A stretch of 35,292 nucleotides of DNA from Octopus bimaculoides (GCF_001194135.2 NC_068985.1:6847867-6883158); one strand, 5' to 3'; counted from the stretch's first letter, positions 12,670 through 24,145 are shown. The notes: generated from the letters alone by a model not told the origin. Translations and numbers: made by a program.

Positions 12670-13255
12670 TGACACGCCATCAAAATTGATCGCAGTGATG
12701 ATCGAAGACATTCATTCCCTCTCTCTCCAGCACATTGTTTCTCACGGTTGACAACAGCGATACGAGATTTGCAGACCGACCCTGTGACAATGACGAAGTT
12801 GAAAGTGACTTCGAACAACAGCTGCAGGTGGTTGATGGAGACGTCTCCTCCACTCTTCCCGCAGTTTCCCGAGTTCCGTTTCAAAGTACTCTACTCTAGA
12901 TGAACTCCGATTAACAACCAGGGCCTGAAACCGATTGGGCAGGACACCGAATTAGATGACAGCCCGGTTGAGATGGTGATGGGAACAAAATCTTTGGTGA
13001 CCATCAGCCCTATTTCCTGTCTCCATCTCGCTGAAAAGGACCATCTGTGGGAGCCGCTTACTCGGTATACAAATCACACAGCAAACCGGGTGGAGAAAAC
13101 GACATATGACGCAGGGTTCAGTGCTGTAAATGCCAGCAGGAGGATTTCGGTATGAGGTCCCTTATGCTTCCACATGAGACCGAGTATAACTTGGATAGAT
13201 CTCATATGGAACGCTGTGTGATCTGGTGCCGATAAAGCATCCAACATTTAGTAGT
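12670..13255 (-). mobile_element. RTE-clade LINE, 3' fragment (RT thumb region to C-terminal Cys/His motif and 3' UTR)
   Basis: Frameshifted: CWMLYRHQI..FHMRSIQVILGLMW...HTEIL..AGIYS.E...PSKRLPQMVLFSEM.TG.R..GHQR...NRS...FE...EEWRRR...VCKSRI. Confidence 0.8.
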
Positions 13256-13256
13256 G

Positions 13257-13323
13257 GACAGACAGACAGAGAGACAGGCAGGCAGGCAGACAGACAGAAA
13301 GACAGACAGAGAGACAGACAGAC

Positions 13324-13360
<37 letters not shown>
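13257..13360. repeat. (GACA)n/(GGCA)n/(GATA)n compound microsatellite
   Basis: Direct reading. Confidence 0.95.
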
Positions 13361-14327
13361 TTCATTTAAAATACAGAGATGCCTATAATAGGACATCTAA
13401 CCCGCTAGAAAGAGCAGCAAAAAGACTCTATACCAAAAAAAATAGGGATAATTTCGAAAGAGAATGAAAATAAAAACTTTTACCAGTCNNNNNNNNNNNN
13501 NNNNNNNNNNNNNNNNNNNNNNNNNNNNNNNNNNNNNNNNNNNNNNNNNNNNNNNNNNNNNNNNNNNNNNNNNNNNNNNNNNNNNNNNNNNNNNNNNNNN
13601 NNNNNNNNNNNNNNNNNNNNNNNNNNNNNNNNNNNNNNNNNNNNNNNNNNNNNNNNNNNNNNNNNNNNNNNNNNNNNNNNNNNNNNNNNNNNNNNNNNNN
13701 NNNNNNNNNNNNNNNNNNNNNNNNNNNNNNNNNNNNNNNNNNNNNNNNNNNNNNNNNNNNNNNNNNNNNNNNNNNNNNNNNNNNNNNNNNNNNNNNNNNN
13801 NNNNNNNNNNNNNNNNNNNNNNNNNNNNNNNNNNNNNNNNNNNNNNNNNNNNNNNNNNNNNNNNNNNNNNNNNNNNNNNNNNNNNNNNNNNNNNNNNNNN
13901 NNNNNNNNNNNNNNNNNNNNNNNNNNNNNNNNNNNNNNNNNNNNNNNNNNNNNNNNNNNNNNNNNNNNNNNNNNNNNNNNNNNNNNNNNNNNNNNNNNNN
14001 NNNNNNNNNNNNNNNNNNNNNNNNNNNNNNNNNNNNNNNNCACATGCGCGGTAAATTTTGAGAAATTAAGCATGTAAGCACAAGTCGTGTTTCTTATGAC
14101 TCGTGTTTACACGCTGTCCCGGTACTCTGCTGAAGATAGTTGCCGAGCAAGATATATTTTTATCTTGCTAAATAACTTGAAACCATGGTACAGAGTATAG
14201 ACTGGTAAAAGTTTTTATTTTCATTCTCTTTCGAAATTATCCCTATTTTTTTTGGTATAGAGTCTTTTTGCTGCTCTTTCTAGCGGGTTAGATGTCCTAT
14301 TATAGGCATCTTTGTATTTTAAATGAA
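13361..14327. repeat. 128-bp inverted repeat pair (13361-13488 / 14200-14327) flanking a 552-N gap
   Basis: Reverse-complement match with one mismatch. The left arm runs into the gap at 13489-14040. Confidence 0.9.
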
Positions 14328-14454
14328 CAATTTATAGTCTATTGACTAATTTTTCTTCTCGCTGGACCACTGGTGGTAAATTAAATTTCTAAACTTTTTT
14401 TTGATGCCCTATGATTTATTAATATAGATAGATAGTTAGATAGATAGATGTGGC

Positions 14455-16530
14455 AGATCTAATATAGGACTGTTGACTGTGTCAAACATCTTTGTTAGAT
14501 CGATGAAGGCGTAATATGTCTCTCTGCTGTTCTTGACACGTTCCAAGGAGAAGACGAGCCACAAATATCATGTCAGAAGTGCTTCGTTCTGTTCGAAATA
14601 CATACTGGAACTTAGGTATAACAAGATCGCGAACATGGAGTGAAAGACGTCGGGGAGAGATCACGTATGAGGATCTTCTCGTGTGATCCAGAAAAGAGAT
14701 TCCCCTGCTGTCTCCGCACTATGCACGGTCTCCCATTCGCTTGTAGATTTGACGATATAGGAATGTTTTCAGCTGTCAGATATAACTTTCTTCTGCCAAC
14801 AGAGAAGACGCAAAATGTGAAGTTGTGATGTGAGGTGAGGGTTGCCATACTTATAAAGCTCACCAGAAATCCAATCATCGTTGGAATAGTTCTTGTTTTT
14901 GAGACTCCAGGTGGTCTATTGGAACTCATCAAGTGTCGGGGAGTTGTCAAGCTTCGTCAGAATAGGTACATCTGGAATATCTTCAAGTTCCGTGGGGTCC
15001 GTGGGGTTCACCCGTTTCAGAAGGCCGTGAAGATGTTCTGCCAATCTATGTTTTGTCTATCAGTAGAATTTGAATCTCTTCCACCTTTCGAAGTCAGTAG
15101 TTGTTTTGAGCATTCCTGGTGACAGGTTATGCGATGACACGAGAATCCTTCACTTTTGGTACAAGGCTGTGGAGCGCGGGTTGGCTAGGACAGCATCGGG
15201 GATTTTGTGTTTTTTCTCAGACAAAAGAGGTTGTATGATCTCGGCTGATTCATCAAACCCGTCAGGGTTGCGACACGTAGTTGTCCCAAGGGTTGCCATG
15301 GCAGTGTCTTGCAGAAGACAGAGGGATGAGTCTCAGAGGTTGTCGATTTCCAGAAGATCTGGGTTAGGTTGGAGCTGATATTGAATTCCAGGTTGAAACT
15401 AAGTGCACTTCTCAGGACTGGGAGTCGGGCAACAATTTGAAGACGAGGAAAGACTGCGATGTTTGGACTGGAGGCTTCGGAATCAGAAGAAGGAATTCCC
15501 TGATCATTCGATGGTCTGTCCATCACTCCGTACTTCTCATAACATGGGTGATAAAGACATCCTTAGTTTCAGTTTGTCGAACAATTACTGAGTCAAGAAA
15601 GTGCCAGGATTTAAATTGTGGATAGTTTGAAGATGGAGAACTGTGTTGGTAATGACCAGTCATCAACGTTGGGAACAGAGAGTTAGAAGATGAATGCTTT
15701 TAGCATTCATTTTCCCAACACCATGATGACCAATAACGTCACGCTAGATGAGATGACTTTGATCGACTGTGGCATTGAAATCTCCGAACAGAGTGACTTT
15801 ACCTCATTTGGGTATCCTTCGGATGACGTTGTCCAGAGACATGAACAAACTATCCTTGGCTTCTTTAGGAGACTCCAAGGTGGGCTCATAGGCACTGATG
15901 ATGGGACCGAATTGGCCTTTTCAAAGTGCTATTATTTCCGCGAGATGAGACGTTCATGTAGTCCAACAGGAAGTTCTGCCATCTTATTTGCAATAGAATT
16001 CTTCAGAGTGAAGGCCATCCCAATCATTCTATTGTTGCCATCGGGACGCGCTTCCAGTTGAATGTGTAATCCTCTCTCTGTTCTGACAGAGACTTCCTCT
16101 GAGAAGCGCGCCTCGCTAAGAGCTGCTATGTCCAAGTTGAAGCGTTTTGGCTCGGATGCAATCAAAGCAGACCTTTGATGAAATCGGTCTCAGTTTGGCT
16201 GATCAAATAAAGGCCTGATATTCTAAGACGCAACTGACTGTTTCTTAAAGTTTCGACTGTATCAGAAGGGTAACCTGCCAGGTACGGTATACTGAGCGAG
16301 TAGAACGGTGCAAGCTTTGTCTGGGTCACCCTTTCTTCGATGTCCCTAGGATTGAGGTAGGCAGTGCCTTCCCTAAATAAGTCTACCTAGACACATGAGC
16401 TAGTCCGAATAAGCCTTTTATTTTCCAGATACTGCTATCTTGCAAAGTTCCAGGTAGAGGCTTCCAGCATCATTCATGCTTGCCTTTCCACCTACTGGTC
16501 CTTGCCGATCGGATTCGAATTAGAAGAAAT
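14455..16530 (-). mobile_element. RTE-clade LINE, 5' part (5' UTR, APE endonuclease, RT N-terminal domains), pseudogenised
   Basis: S*NIR.L.D...RSALIASE.KRFNLDIAALSEARF...GMAFTLKNSIANKMAELPVGLHERL, followed by further EN motifs. Then FQYVFRTERSTSDMIFVARLL..TCQEQQ.D.YYAFIDLTKMFDTVN, where the homology stops. Confidence 0.93.
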
Positions 16531-17706
16531 AATAAGAGGAGGAAGAAGATGAAGAAAGAAGGCTGACATGGATCGAAGTCTGTGTTAAGATTTCCTCTCA
16601 GTGAACAGGATGGCGCGCAATCTTTCGCCGCACTACTTGACTTATCCGCGACTGCTCCAGTGACAAGGACAAGATACAGTGTTACTCGAATAGGAGACGA
16701 TTTGTAGCGGGCTGCTGCGTCCATGGTATGTAGTGGGGCGTGTTGACAGCCAACACATTTACTCTATGAGTAAGTATTAGTGACACAAAGATTAACAACT
16801 CTAAATTTAAGTGTAGTCTATCTATATCCAGTTGTTTTCTCAACAGACTTAAAAGTGAAAACCAGTGGAAACAACTCTTCGACATTAGAAGCCTTGTAAG
16901 CCGTGACTGTAAGCAAAGCAGATATATCTACACGGATGTGTGATAACATCCCTGCTATCATGGTGCCCACCAGTGTCAATGGCGACTAGAATATTACTTT
17001 AGATGTGCACCACGAGTGTATCGATAGGAGAGTGGAATAAATGCCTTATAAACATTATCATGCAATACAAATTGTTACTTATCGATCTTATACTTCAAAA
17101 GTGATAGTTCTGGACCACACCAGACTATGGAGGTCGTATTTAGACAGCAGTTATAGTAGCGCATAAGAATACCGAATAATACCAGTTTGTTTCTGAAGGA
17201 ATTCACCTCTGCATATCACAAGATGCATTATCAGATTCAGTTTTTCGTAGGTAGTTGTATACAAATCGGTGCATCTATTATGAAAATATAAGGCTTGCCT
17301 TGTTTATGGAAAAATCAAGTGGAAAATGTCTGATTTAGCGTATGACACAGATAAATCCTAATATAGCGACAGGGTTATAACTGTATACTGTCATTATTGA
17401 ATTAAAACAAAACTCATTATTTCTACTCACAAACAGTCGGAGCGTAACTAAATGACGTGAAGCCCTTCAACATCACTCTGTCGTATGTGAAGCTCCACGG
17501 CTCTTATAACTTTCTCATTTACTTTTGTTTTCCTGCATCACTTTGGATATCTTCATTAGAAAGTGTGTATGATTGTATCACAATGATCTAAGAAATAGAT
17601 TAAAGATACTAAAAACAAAAGGGATTTGTAATCAAATTTATAAAGAATCAAAAACATTTGCTGACAAGGCAACATACAGTTCTATATTTAAGAGATTAGG
17701 AATTAT

Positions 17707-17856
17707 TTACATTATTAACATTATTAACATTAGATGGATATTTGTCTGCATCTTGTTTGTTGTTAATACGACGTTTCGGCTGATATACCTTCCAGCCTTC
17801 ATTAGGTGTCTTGGGGAAATTTCGAACCTGGGTTCTCATTCCTAAGNNNNNNNNNN

Positions 17857-17898
<42 letters not shown>

Positions 17899-17926
17899 GG
17901 TCACTGCCTCGAATCGAACTCGGAAT
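17707..17926 (-). mobile_element. Short non-coding SINE-like element: B-box head fragment, (AAT)n, body, hammerhead motif, 9-bp tail repeats
   Basis: Minus strand: GAGTTCGATTC (B-box, 17911-17921), (AAT)n 17857-17896, 10-N gap, unique body, HHR motif, then (AATGTWAAT)n tail. Confidence 0.65.
17766..17809 (-). ncRNA. Minimal type I hammerhead ribozyme-like motif (degenerate copy)
   Basis: ACAC-CTAATGA-A-GGCTG(gaaggtatat)CAGCC-GAA-ACGT-C-GTAT: perfect 5-bp helix II, ACGT helix III, GUC triplet, helix I 3/4 paired. Core G5 is A. Confidence 0.65.
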
Positions 17927-19021
17927 GGGTCGAATGTAAATAATGTAACTAATGGACAAAGTAACTTAATTAGAATTTCTGTGTTTTTAGCTTAGTATTT
18001 TGTTATGTACAACATTTTTGACAAAACCAGTGTACTCAATGCTTTTTATAACAGTTTACATCCGCTGCTATATTTTCTCAATTAACAATTTTACACCCTC
18101 GCTTCCTTTTCTAATTTCCTGCCGTGTGTCATACATTGTACACGGGATGGAATTGCCATCGCGGCCAATGAGGGATTATATCACTAAAAATGGTAAGTTA
18201 AACACGCACGTGGTGAAAATAGAATAATATTATATCTGCTTGCCAACGTAGGTACAAAATAAAAAATATATACATGGAGATATAATGTGAATATATACTT
18301 GATCGGATCTATGCTAAAATTTCACTGATACGTATTTGATCGATCTGAGAAAATAGGAAAGATAAAGAAAAGTTCAATGAGATTTTAACGCAGAACTTTA
18401 AAAAGGATATTTAAACATATGAAGTTATTTTGTTTGACGCTCTCAACGCCTGCCGGTAATTAATAAAAAAGGAAAATGGATTTTCGTAATTGTCAACTTG
18501 TGAAAGCAGAATTTAAATTTCTGTTTTGCATAATATTTCATCTCCTAATTTACATTGTGAAACAATAACTTGGAATCATAGCAAATATTGCAAGCTTTTC
18601 AAATAGCTATTTTAATCTTTGCTTCCATGTCTCAGTATCCAGAAATTTAATTCGAGCTTCATAAAAATGACATCTGATTTCCAATGCAGATTCAATAAGG
18701 ATTTATTTTCAAGTCTAATTGTAAAATAATGTTATTTTATTCTGAAAATGACCGGAGGAATTACAAAGAAATGCCCGTTGCATGAAAAACAATTATTAAA
18801 GTGGGTGGTACCATAATTCTATTAGCGGTGCAATAAATTTTAATAAAAACCAGGAAGTGGATTTTAGTTTCAAAGACGAGAATTATTCAGTACTTTTGTC
18901 TCATAATAGTCTATTGTTATTTCACTTAAATTCTGGGTATCGACTACCATTAATATTTTATCAAGATTTATACTTTTTGGTAATGATTGAGTGCATAATG
19001 ACTGTGTGTGTGATGCTTAAT

Positions 19022-19253
19022 TATTGGGTTGTCCCGAAAGTTCGTGTCAATTTATAGTACCTTACCTTTCGACTTATTTGCCATGAAACCACCTCAATTC
19101 TGAGAAGAGGGTATTTTCAAGTTAAAGGAAAGATGGAGGCGCATTGTGCAACAAAATGGTTCATATTTGGTTGATTAAAAATATAATGGCAAGTATTTAT
19201 TGACCTTTTTCTTTCCTTTAAAAATCGGCACGAACTTTCCGGACAACCCAATA
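19022..19253 (+). mobile_element. mariner-derived MITE, TA target duplication
   Basis: 30-bp TIRs TTGGGTTGTCCSGAAAGTTCGTG.C.ATTT with 3 mismatches, TA on both sides. It retains the transposase C-terminus EEGIFKLKERWRRIVQQNGSYLVD*. Confidence 0.92.
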
Positions 19254-19944
19254 TTTATGTACATTCTTGTCATGGAAGCCTGTACATTTTTCTATCGCAT
19301 AAATTTTATAGAAATCATGTAATTTACTTTGAATATAAAATTCAAATTTAGAGACAGGTAGACTGAAGTATCACAGATAAAGATCCTCATTTCTCGTCGT
19401 TGATTATACAACACACGCCAAGTACCCACCATCCACCCAATTAGGAAAATCTTCAAAACAAAAGGTAAACTTAAAGCCAAGTACTTTTACTTTGTCGTGA
19501 GGGTCTTTTCATAGTTTTGTGAAATATAAACAGTTTTGATAACATATAATTCACATCATTAGAAGTTAAAAATGTCCAAAGACTGGCATGACTCCTCTGG
19601 AATAATTAAAAACAGATTTTAGAAATAATTCCATTTCACTTTGAAATGGTGGACCTCGAATCACTTCATATGAAGCAAGCAATACATGATAGTATGTAAC
19701 TATTGCTGGCGAAAATCCCTTTTGAGTCGAAGATTCCAAGGCTATCCGTGGGAGTCGAACACACATCTTTTGTAAACTCGACATCAACAACATGAGAAAT
19801 CTATAACGCTAGCGTCATGGACAATTACAGTAATAAATTACGAATTTACTACACAATTATTTTTGTCAAACCGACGACCTTTTTTTGCCAAACCGCGACC
19901 AACACAGACACAATGACATACATATATATTAATAGATATATAAA

Positions 19945-20344
19945 CAGAAAATGCAGAAAACTTTTGATCAACAAACACACAAATTGACCAACATCAGTTA
20001 AGTATTCTTTAATACAAAAAACGTAACATTACTTACGGCCGTTTCGGATACCAATGTCAGTCGGTGCCTCCAAGGACAAGTCTGAAAACAATATTCGTCA
20101 TCTTTATAACACATACGATCTAGTATATGGAGCTTCATCAGAGTGAATAGAAGTACAAAAAATAAAAGAAGGGAAGATGGGAGAAGGAAGGGAATGGAAG
20201 CTCCATGTACTAGATCGGATGTTGGAGGCACCAACTGATATTGGTAGCGGAAACTGCCGTAAGCAATGTTAAGTTTGTGTATTGAAAAAATAATTAACCG
20301 ATGTTGGTCAATTCGTTTGTTAATCAAGTTTTCTCCCTATTCTG
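19945..20344. repeat. Foldback element 2 (about 150-bp paired arms, 60-bp purine-rich spacer)
   Basis: 19945-20136 pairs with 20197-20344. The left arm carries an extra segment of about 36 bp (20074-20109). Confidence 0.85.
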
Positions 20345-20508
20345 CTTATTTTAAATTTGATTCCTGATATTACTTGTACCCTATGAGCATAGTATGTTTC
20401 AATGCCCAAGATTAACATAGGTAATTTATATCGTTAGTAAGAACGGATATTCTTATCCCTTAGACGGTTATCCCAACCGCTAACTCTATTTACCTATATA
20501 TATATATA

Positions 20509-21055
20509 CAGGGTGTCCGAAAAAGATATACTCACTCTTTGATGTCCCAGTAATCATGCATTTTGTGTTCAAGTAGATGTTTATTGATATACATACAATA
20601 CAAAAAATTTAAATTAAATTCAGGAAAATAATTTGCTGTAGAAACGATTATTTCTTGTGATTTAGAATTATTTAATGTTCTCTCTCATTCCTGCCTGTTT
20701 GCAAACGTTGAAACTGCATTCTTTCATTTTCCAAACAAAGCTGATAACGGCCAACAATGTATTCCACAACATTGCCAAACATTTCATTTGGAATTGCAAA
20801 ACATTGTATTCGAATTTCATTTTTCAAATCATCAATTGTCACTGGTTTTGCAGCGTAAACGTCATCTTTGAGATGTCCCCATAAAAAAATCCATTAGCGT
20901 GAGGTCTGGGGAACGTGCAGGTAATTCAACGCTACCACTTCTCCCAATCCATTTGTTTGGATTTGTTGCATCGAGGTAAGCCCGTACATCACAAAAAAAA
21001 CAATACATTAGAAATCGTCTGTCAAAAAGTGAGTACATCTTTTTGGGACACCCTG
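20509..21055 (-). mobile_element. Tc1/IS630-like deletion derivative with TIRs, inserted in (TA)n
   Basis: TIRs CAGGGTGTCC..AAAAGAT.TACTCACT.TTTGA. Internal DVRAYLD...KWIGRSGSVELPARSPDLTLMDFF.WGHLKDDVYAAKPVTIDDLK..I...RYQLCLENE. Confidence 0.92.
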
Positions 21056-21544
21056 TATATATATACAGACAAAGAGAGGAGGAGATGCATAGCGAGACAG
21101 GTAGTCTGTCATAAAAACAGTCTTATCTTATTATATAATTTAATCGATAAAGACTGTAATTTTCAATAATTAGTAGTTCAGTTGTTTAAGAAAGAGATAC
21201 GAAAACAGTTAAATTGAAATATCAACAATTGTATGCAACAATTTGTGTTTTAGACGTAGAAACTAACTAAATTATTTTCCGTAGCCCAAGGTGCAATACG
21301 ATGCTAGAAAAGATGATGTATAGGAAAGTAAAGTTATTATTAAAATGTTAAATGGATAATGCTCTTGTAAAAAACGAAAACGTAAGAAAAATGTAAGATC
21401 AAGTAATTTTTTTTCTCCCTGATTTAGTGATCTCTGTTTCATTTGAATATATTTTTTTATTAATTAAAGTCGCTACAGCGACGAGTAAGTAAACATCACG
21501 AAAACGCAAATGTTCAGAAGCATTTCGTATATGTTCCCGATCAC

Positions 21545-21686
21545 AGTTCAAATCCCGTTGAGGTCGACTTTGCCTTTCATCCTTTCGAAGTCAATAAAAT
21601 AAGTACTAGTTGAGCACTGCGATTGATCTAATCGCCTTGCCTACCTCGCCATAAAATATCAGGCCTTGTGCCTATCATAAAAAAAG
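21545..21686 (+). mobile_element. SINE family B, 5'-truncated
   Basis: AGTTCAAATCCCGTTGAGGTCGACTTTGCCTTTCATCCTTTCG...AATAAGTAC...GGCCTTGTGCCTA. Confidence 0.85.
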
Positions 21687-21760
21687 TTTTTATTTAAATG
21701 TCTGCCATTTAGTGTAACGTTTTTTCTCGTGATATATGTTTACATTTTAATACATATTTG

Positions 21761-22099
21761 TGGAGGCGCAATGGCCAAGACGTTAGGGCAGCGGACTCGC
21801 GGTTTCGATTCCCAGACTGAGCACGATGAGTGTTTATTGAGCGAAGATACCTAAAAGGCTCCACGAGGCTCCGGCAGGGGATGGTGGCGAACCCTGCTGT
21901 ACTCTTTCACCCCGACTTTCTCTCACTGTTAGGGCCAGCCTTATCACACACTGTGTCACGCTGAATCTCCTCCGAGAACTACGTCAAGGGTAAACGTGTC
22001 TGTAGAGTGATCAGCCACCTGCACGTTAATTTCACGAGCAGGCTGTTCCGTTGATCGGATCAACTAGAACCCTTGTCGCTGTAACGGAGGAAATGCCAC
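21761..22099 (+). mobile_element. tRNA-derived SINE, family C
   Basis: TGGAGGCGCAATGGCC..G..GTTAGGGCAGCGGAC head, GGTTTCGATTCCC B-box. Colinear with the inverted copy at 33585-33952. Confidence 0.85.
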
Positions 22100-22741
22100 G
22101 AATACACATCTAAATATTATATTTGTACCTTCGGTGTACGTAGGTACATAGGATTGCTGTGAATCATATAATATTTTTCAAAGTGCTGATGAATTCACTA
22201 GGAACATTCACTAGACGGTAATTTCAAATTACTAAATGTTGATATAACATAAATACATATTGTAGAAAAATTAGATTAAAATATAATTTAATTTTAGGTT
22301 ATATTTAAACGACATCGTTTAGATCCATCTCCAGCAGGAAAACAAAATACAAAGGCAATAGAATAATTTATCCCAATCATTGCTTATGATCCGGATTTTT
22401 GTTCCTTCTTGGCATAGAAGAATATTCTATGTGAGATGAAGATATAAGATATGAAAGCTAATTAAAATGTCGCTAAAATGCAGTTTGCACTATTCTACAT
22501 CGAAAAATGGATTTTACATACAAGTGCACACATAAATATACTAACATATCAATAGTATGATGCGCATACATTCACCACACACACACACAAAACTCACAGT
22601 CAGGCAACTTTGCTCACAGAACGTACACATTACTCCCATCTCTCATGCAACTACACACTGGCATACGCACACATGCATGCATGCAGACATTCATATATAT
22701 ATATATATATGTATAAATATATATATATCTATATATATATA

Positions 22742-22979
22742 TATATAAAGGGCATTAACTGTAGTAATGCCTCACGCTTCGAGGGACTAAATAAGTCAAA
22801 AACTACCAAAAAATAAGCAACATATTTACCGAAAGCTAGGGAATGTAGCTTTCAAAATTAATTTTGAAAGCTGCATTCCCTCGCTTTCGGTAAATATGTT
22901 ACTTATTTTTTAGTAGTTTTTGACTTATTTAGTCCCTCGAAGCGTGAGGCATTACTACACAGTTAATGCCCTTTATATA
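22742..22979. repeat. Spacer-less palindrome (foldback element 3), centre 22859/22860
   Basis: The arms of about 119 bp differ by 4 substitutions and one 2-bp indel. Centre TTTCAAAATT|AATTTTGAAA. Confidence 0.95.
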
Positions 22980-23095
22980 AATTATATATATTTATGGAAA
23001 AAAATGATGAATTTTTTTTCATTATGAGGTCTTTTTCACGCTGACTACTTGATAAATTTTTATAAAGATTTGATCCTATATTACATTATATATAT

Positions 23096-23103
23096 AGAGA
23101 GAG

Positions 23104-23163
<60 letters not shown>
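23096..23163. repeat. (GA)n/(TAGA)n microsatellite
   Basis: Direct reading. Confidence 0.95.
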
Positions 23164-24145
23164 GGCCATCTACTCTTACACACATATGTGTGTGTACGTG
23201 TGTGTGTACGTGTGTGTGTGTGTGTGTAGTGGAGATTGTGAAATACTATCGAATTAATTGCTTTTCGGGTTTTCGTCATATGACCTTTACTAATGCAAAA
23301 ACGTAGAAGACAGCTGATATTTTAGGAAAAATGGTTAGCTTACGTGTGGGGTTTCGTTGAAATATTGTGAGAGCGATATAACATACTCTAGAAATACATA
23401 AATTAAGGTAGTTATGAACGGAGCATGGAATAAATTGAAGTTGATAGTTTGTGTAAAAATCATTCACTAACCTAAGCAGAGTTCACACTGAACCGAAAGC
23501 GAAGGAATCATGTTTTAACTTGACGGAGAATTTTTCTCTCGGGTTTTATAGATTTAGTTAAATTTTGCCGGGAGATGTGAACACGGTGGATATCTTTCAT
23601 TTTAAGAACGTAAGAAGAAATGGAGGTTGTTTCAGTCACAGGAGAAATGTCAGCTTGCTCAATAAATTTTATTCCGGATTTCGTATGGAGCTACATAATT
23701 TGAGTAGATACTGATTGAAGTAGCATCACATTATGAATATCTCAAGGCTTGATATTATTCGATGTAGAACATGTTTTTTGCGCAGGTATAGCTGTGCTGG
23801 CTTATATTTAATTTTAGATTGATATCTTTCTTCATTGCAAAATTACAAATATGTGGGTGTATTTTCATGTCCTAAAGATGAAATATTATTACGATATTTA
23901 AATTAGTATTCAAAATGGGTTTAAAACTAAGATTGACTGCCAAACTGCTTCTTTTAGAATTTTCCTTGTAGTGTTGGCTGACTAAGAAATGTTTAAGCAT
24001 ACGCGTTTAGAAAATGTTGGTGATATCTGGCTTGCCATTTGAGGAAATGCAATTTGAATTTTTCCTTAAGTTATATTGGATTTGAAATACAATATATGAA
24101 ACATGAAAACGACAGGAAAATATTTTATTTTTAAGCTCATATGCG

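Noticed and set aside
7186-14081. Long ORF-track entries rich in YI/HT/X (for example 7229-7765, 12225-12884, 13428-14081)
   Set aside because: They are produced by microsatellites and N-runs; only part of 12225-12884 reflects the RTE C-terminus.
14640-16061. Plus-strand ORFs over the RTE element
   Set aside because: They are antisense by-products of the LINE coding sequence.
16560-16960. GC-richer unique stretch next to the RTE 5' end; similar stretches at 10190-10480 and 34850-35090
   Set aside because: Possibly old TE coding remnants, but no motif could be identified in any frame.
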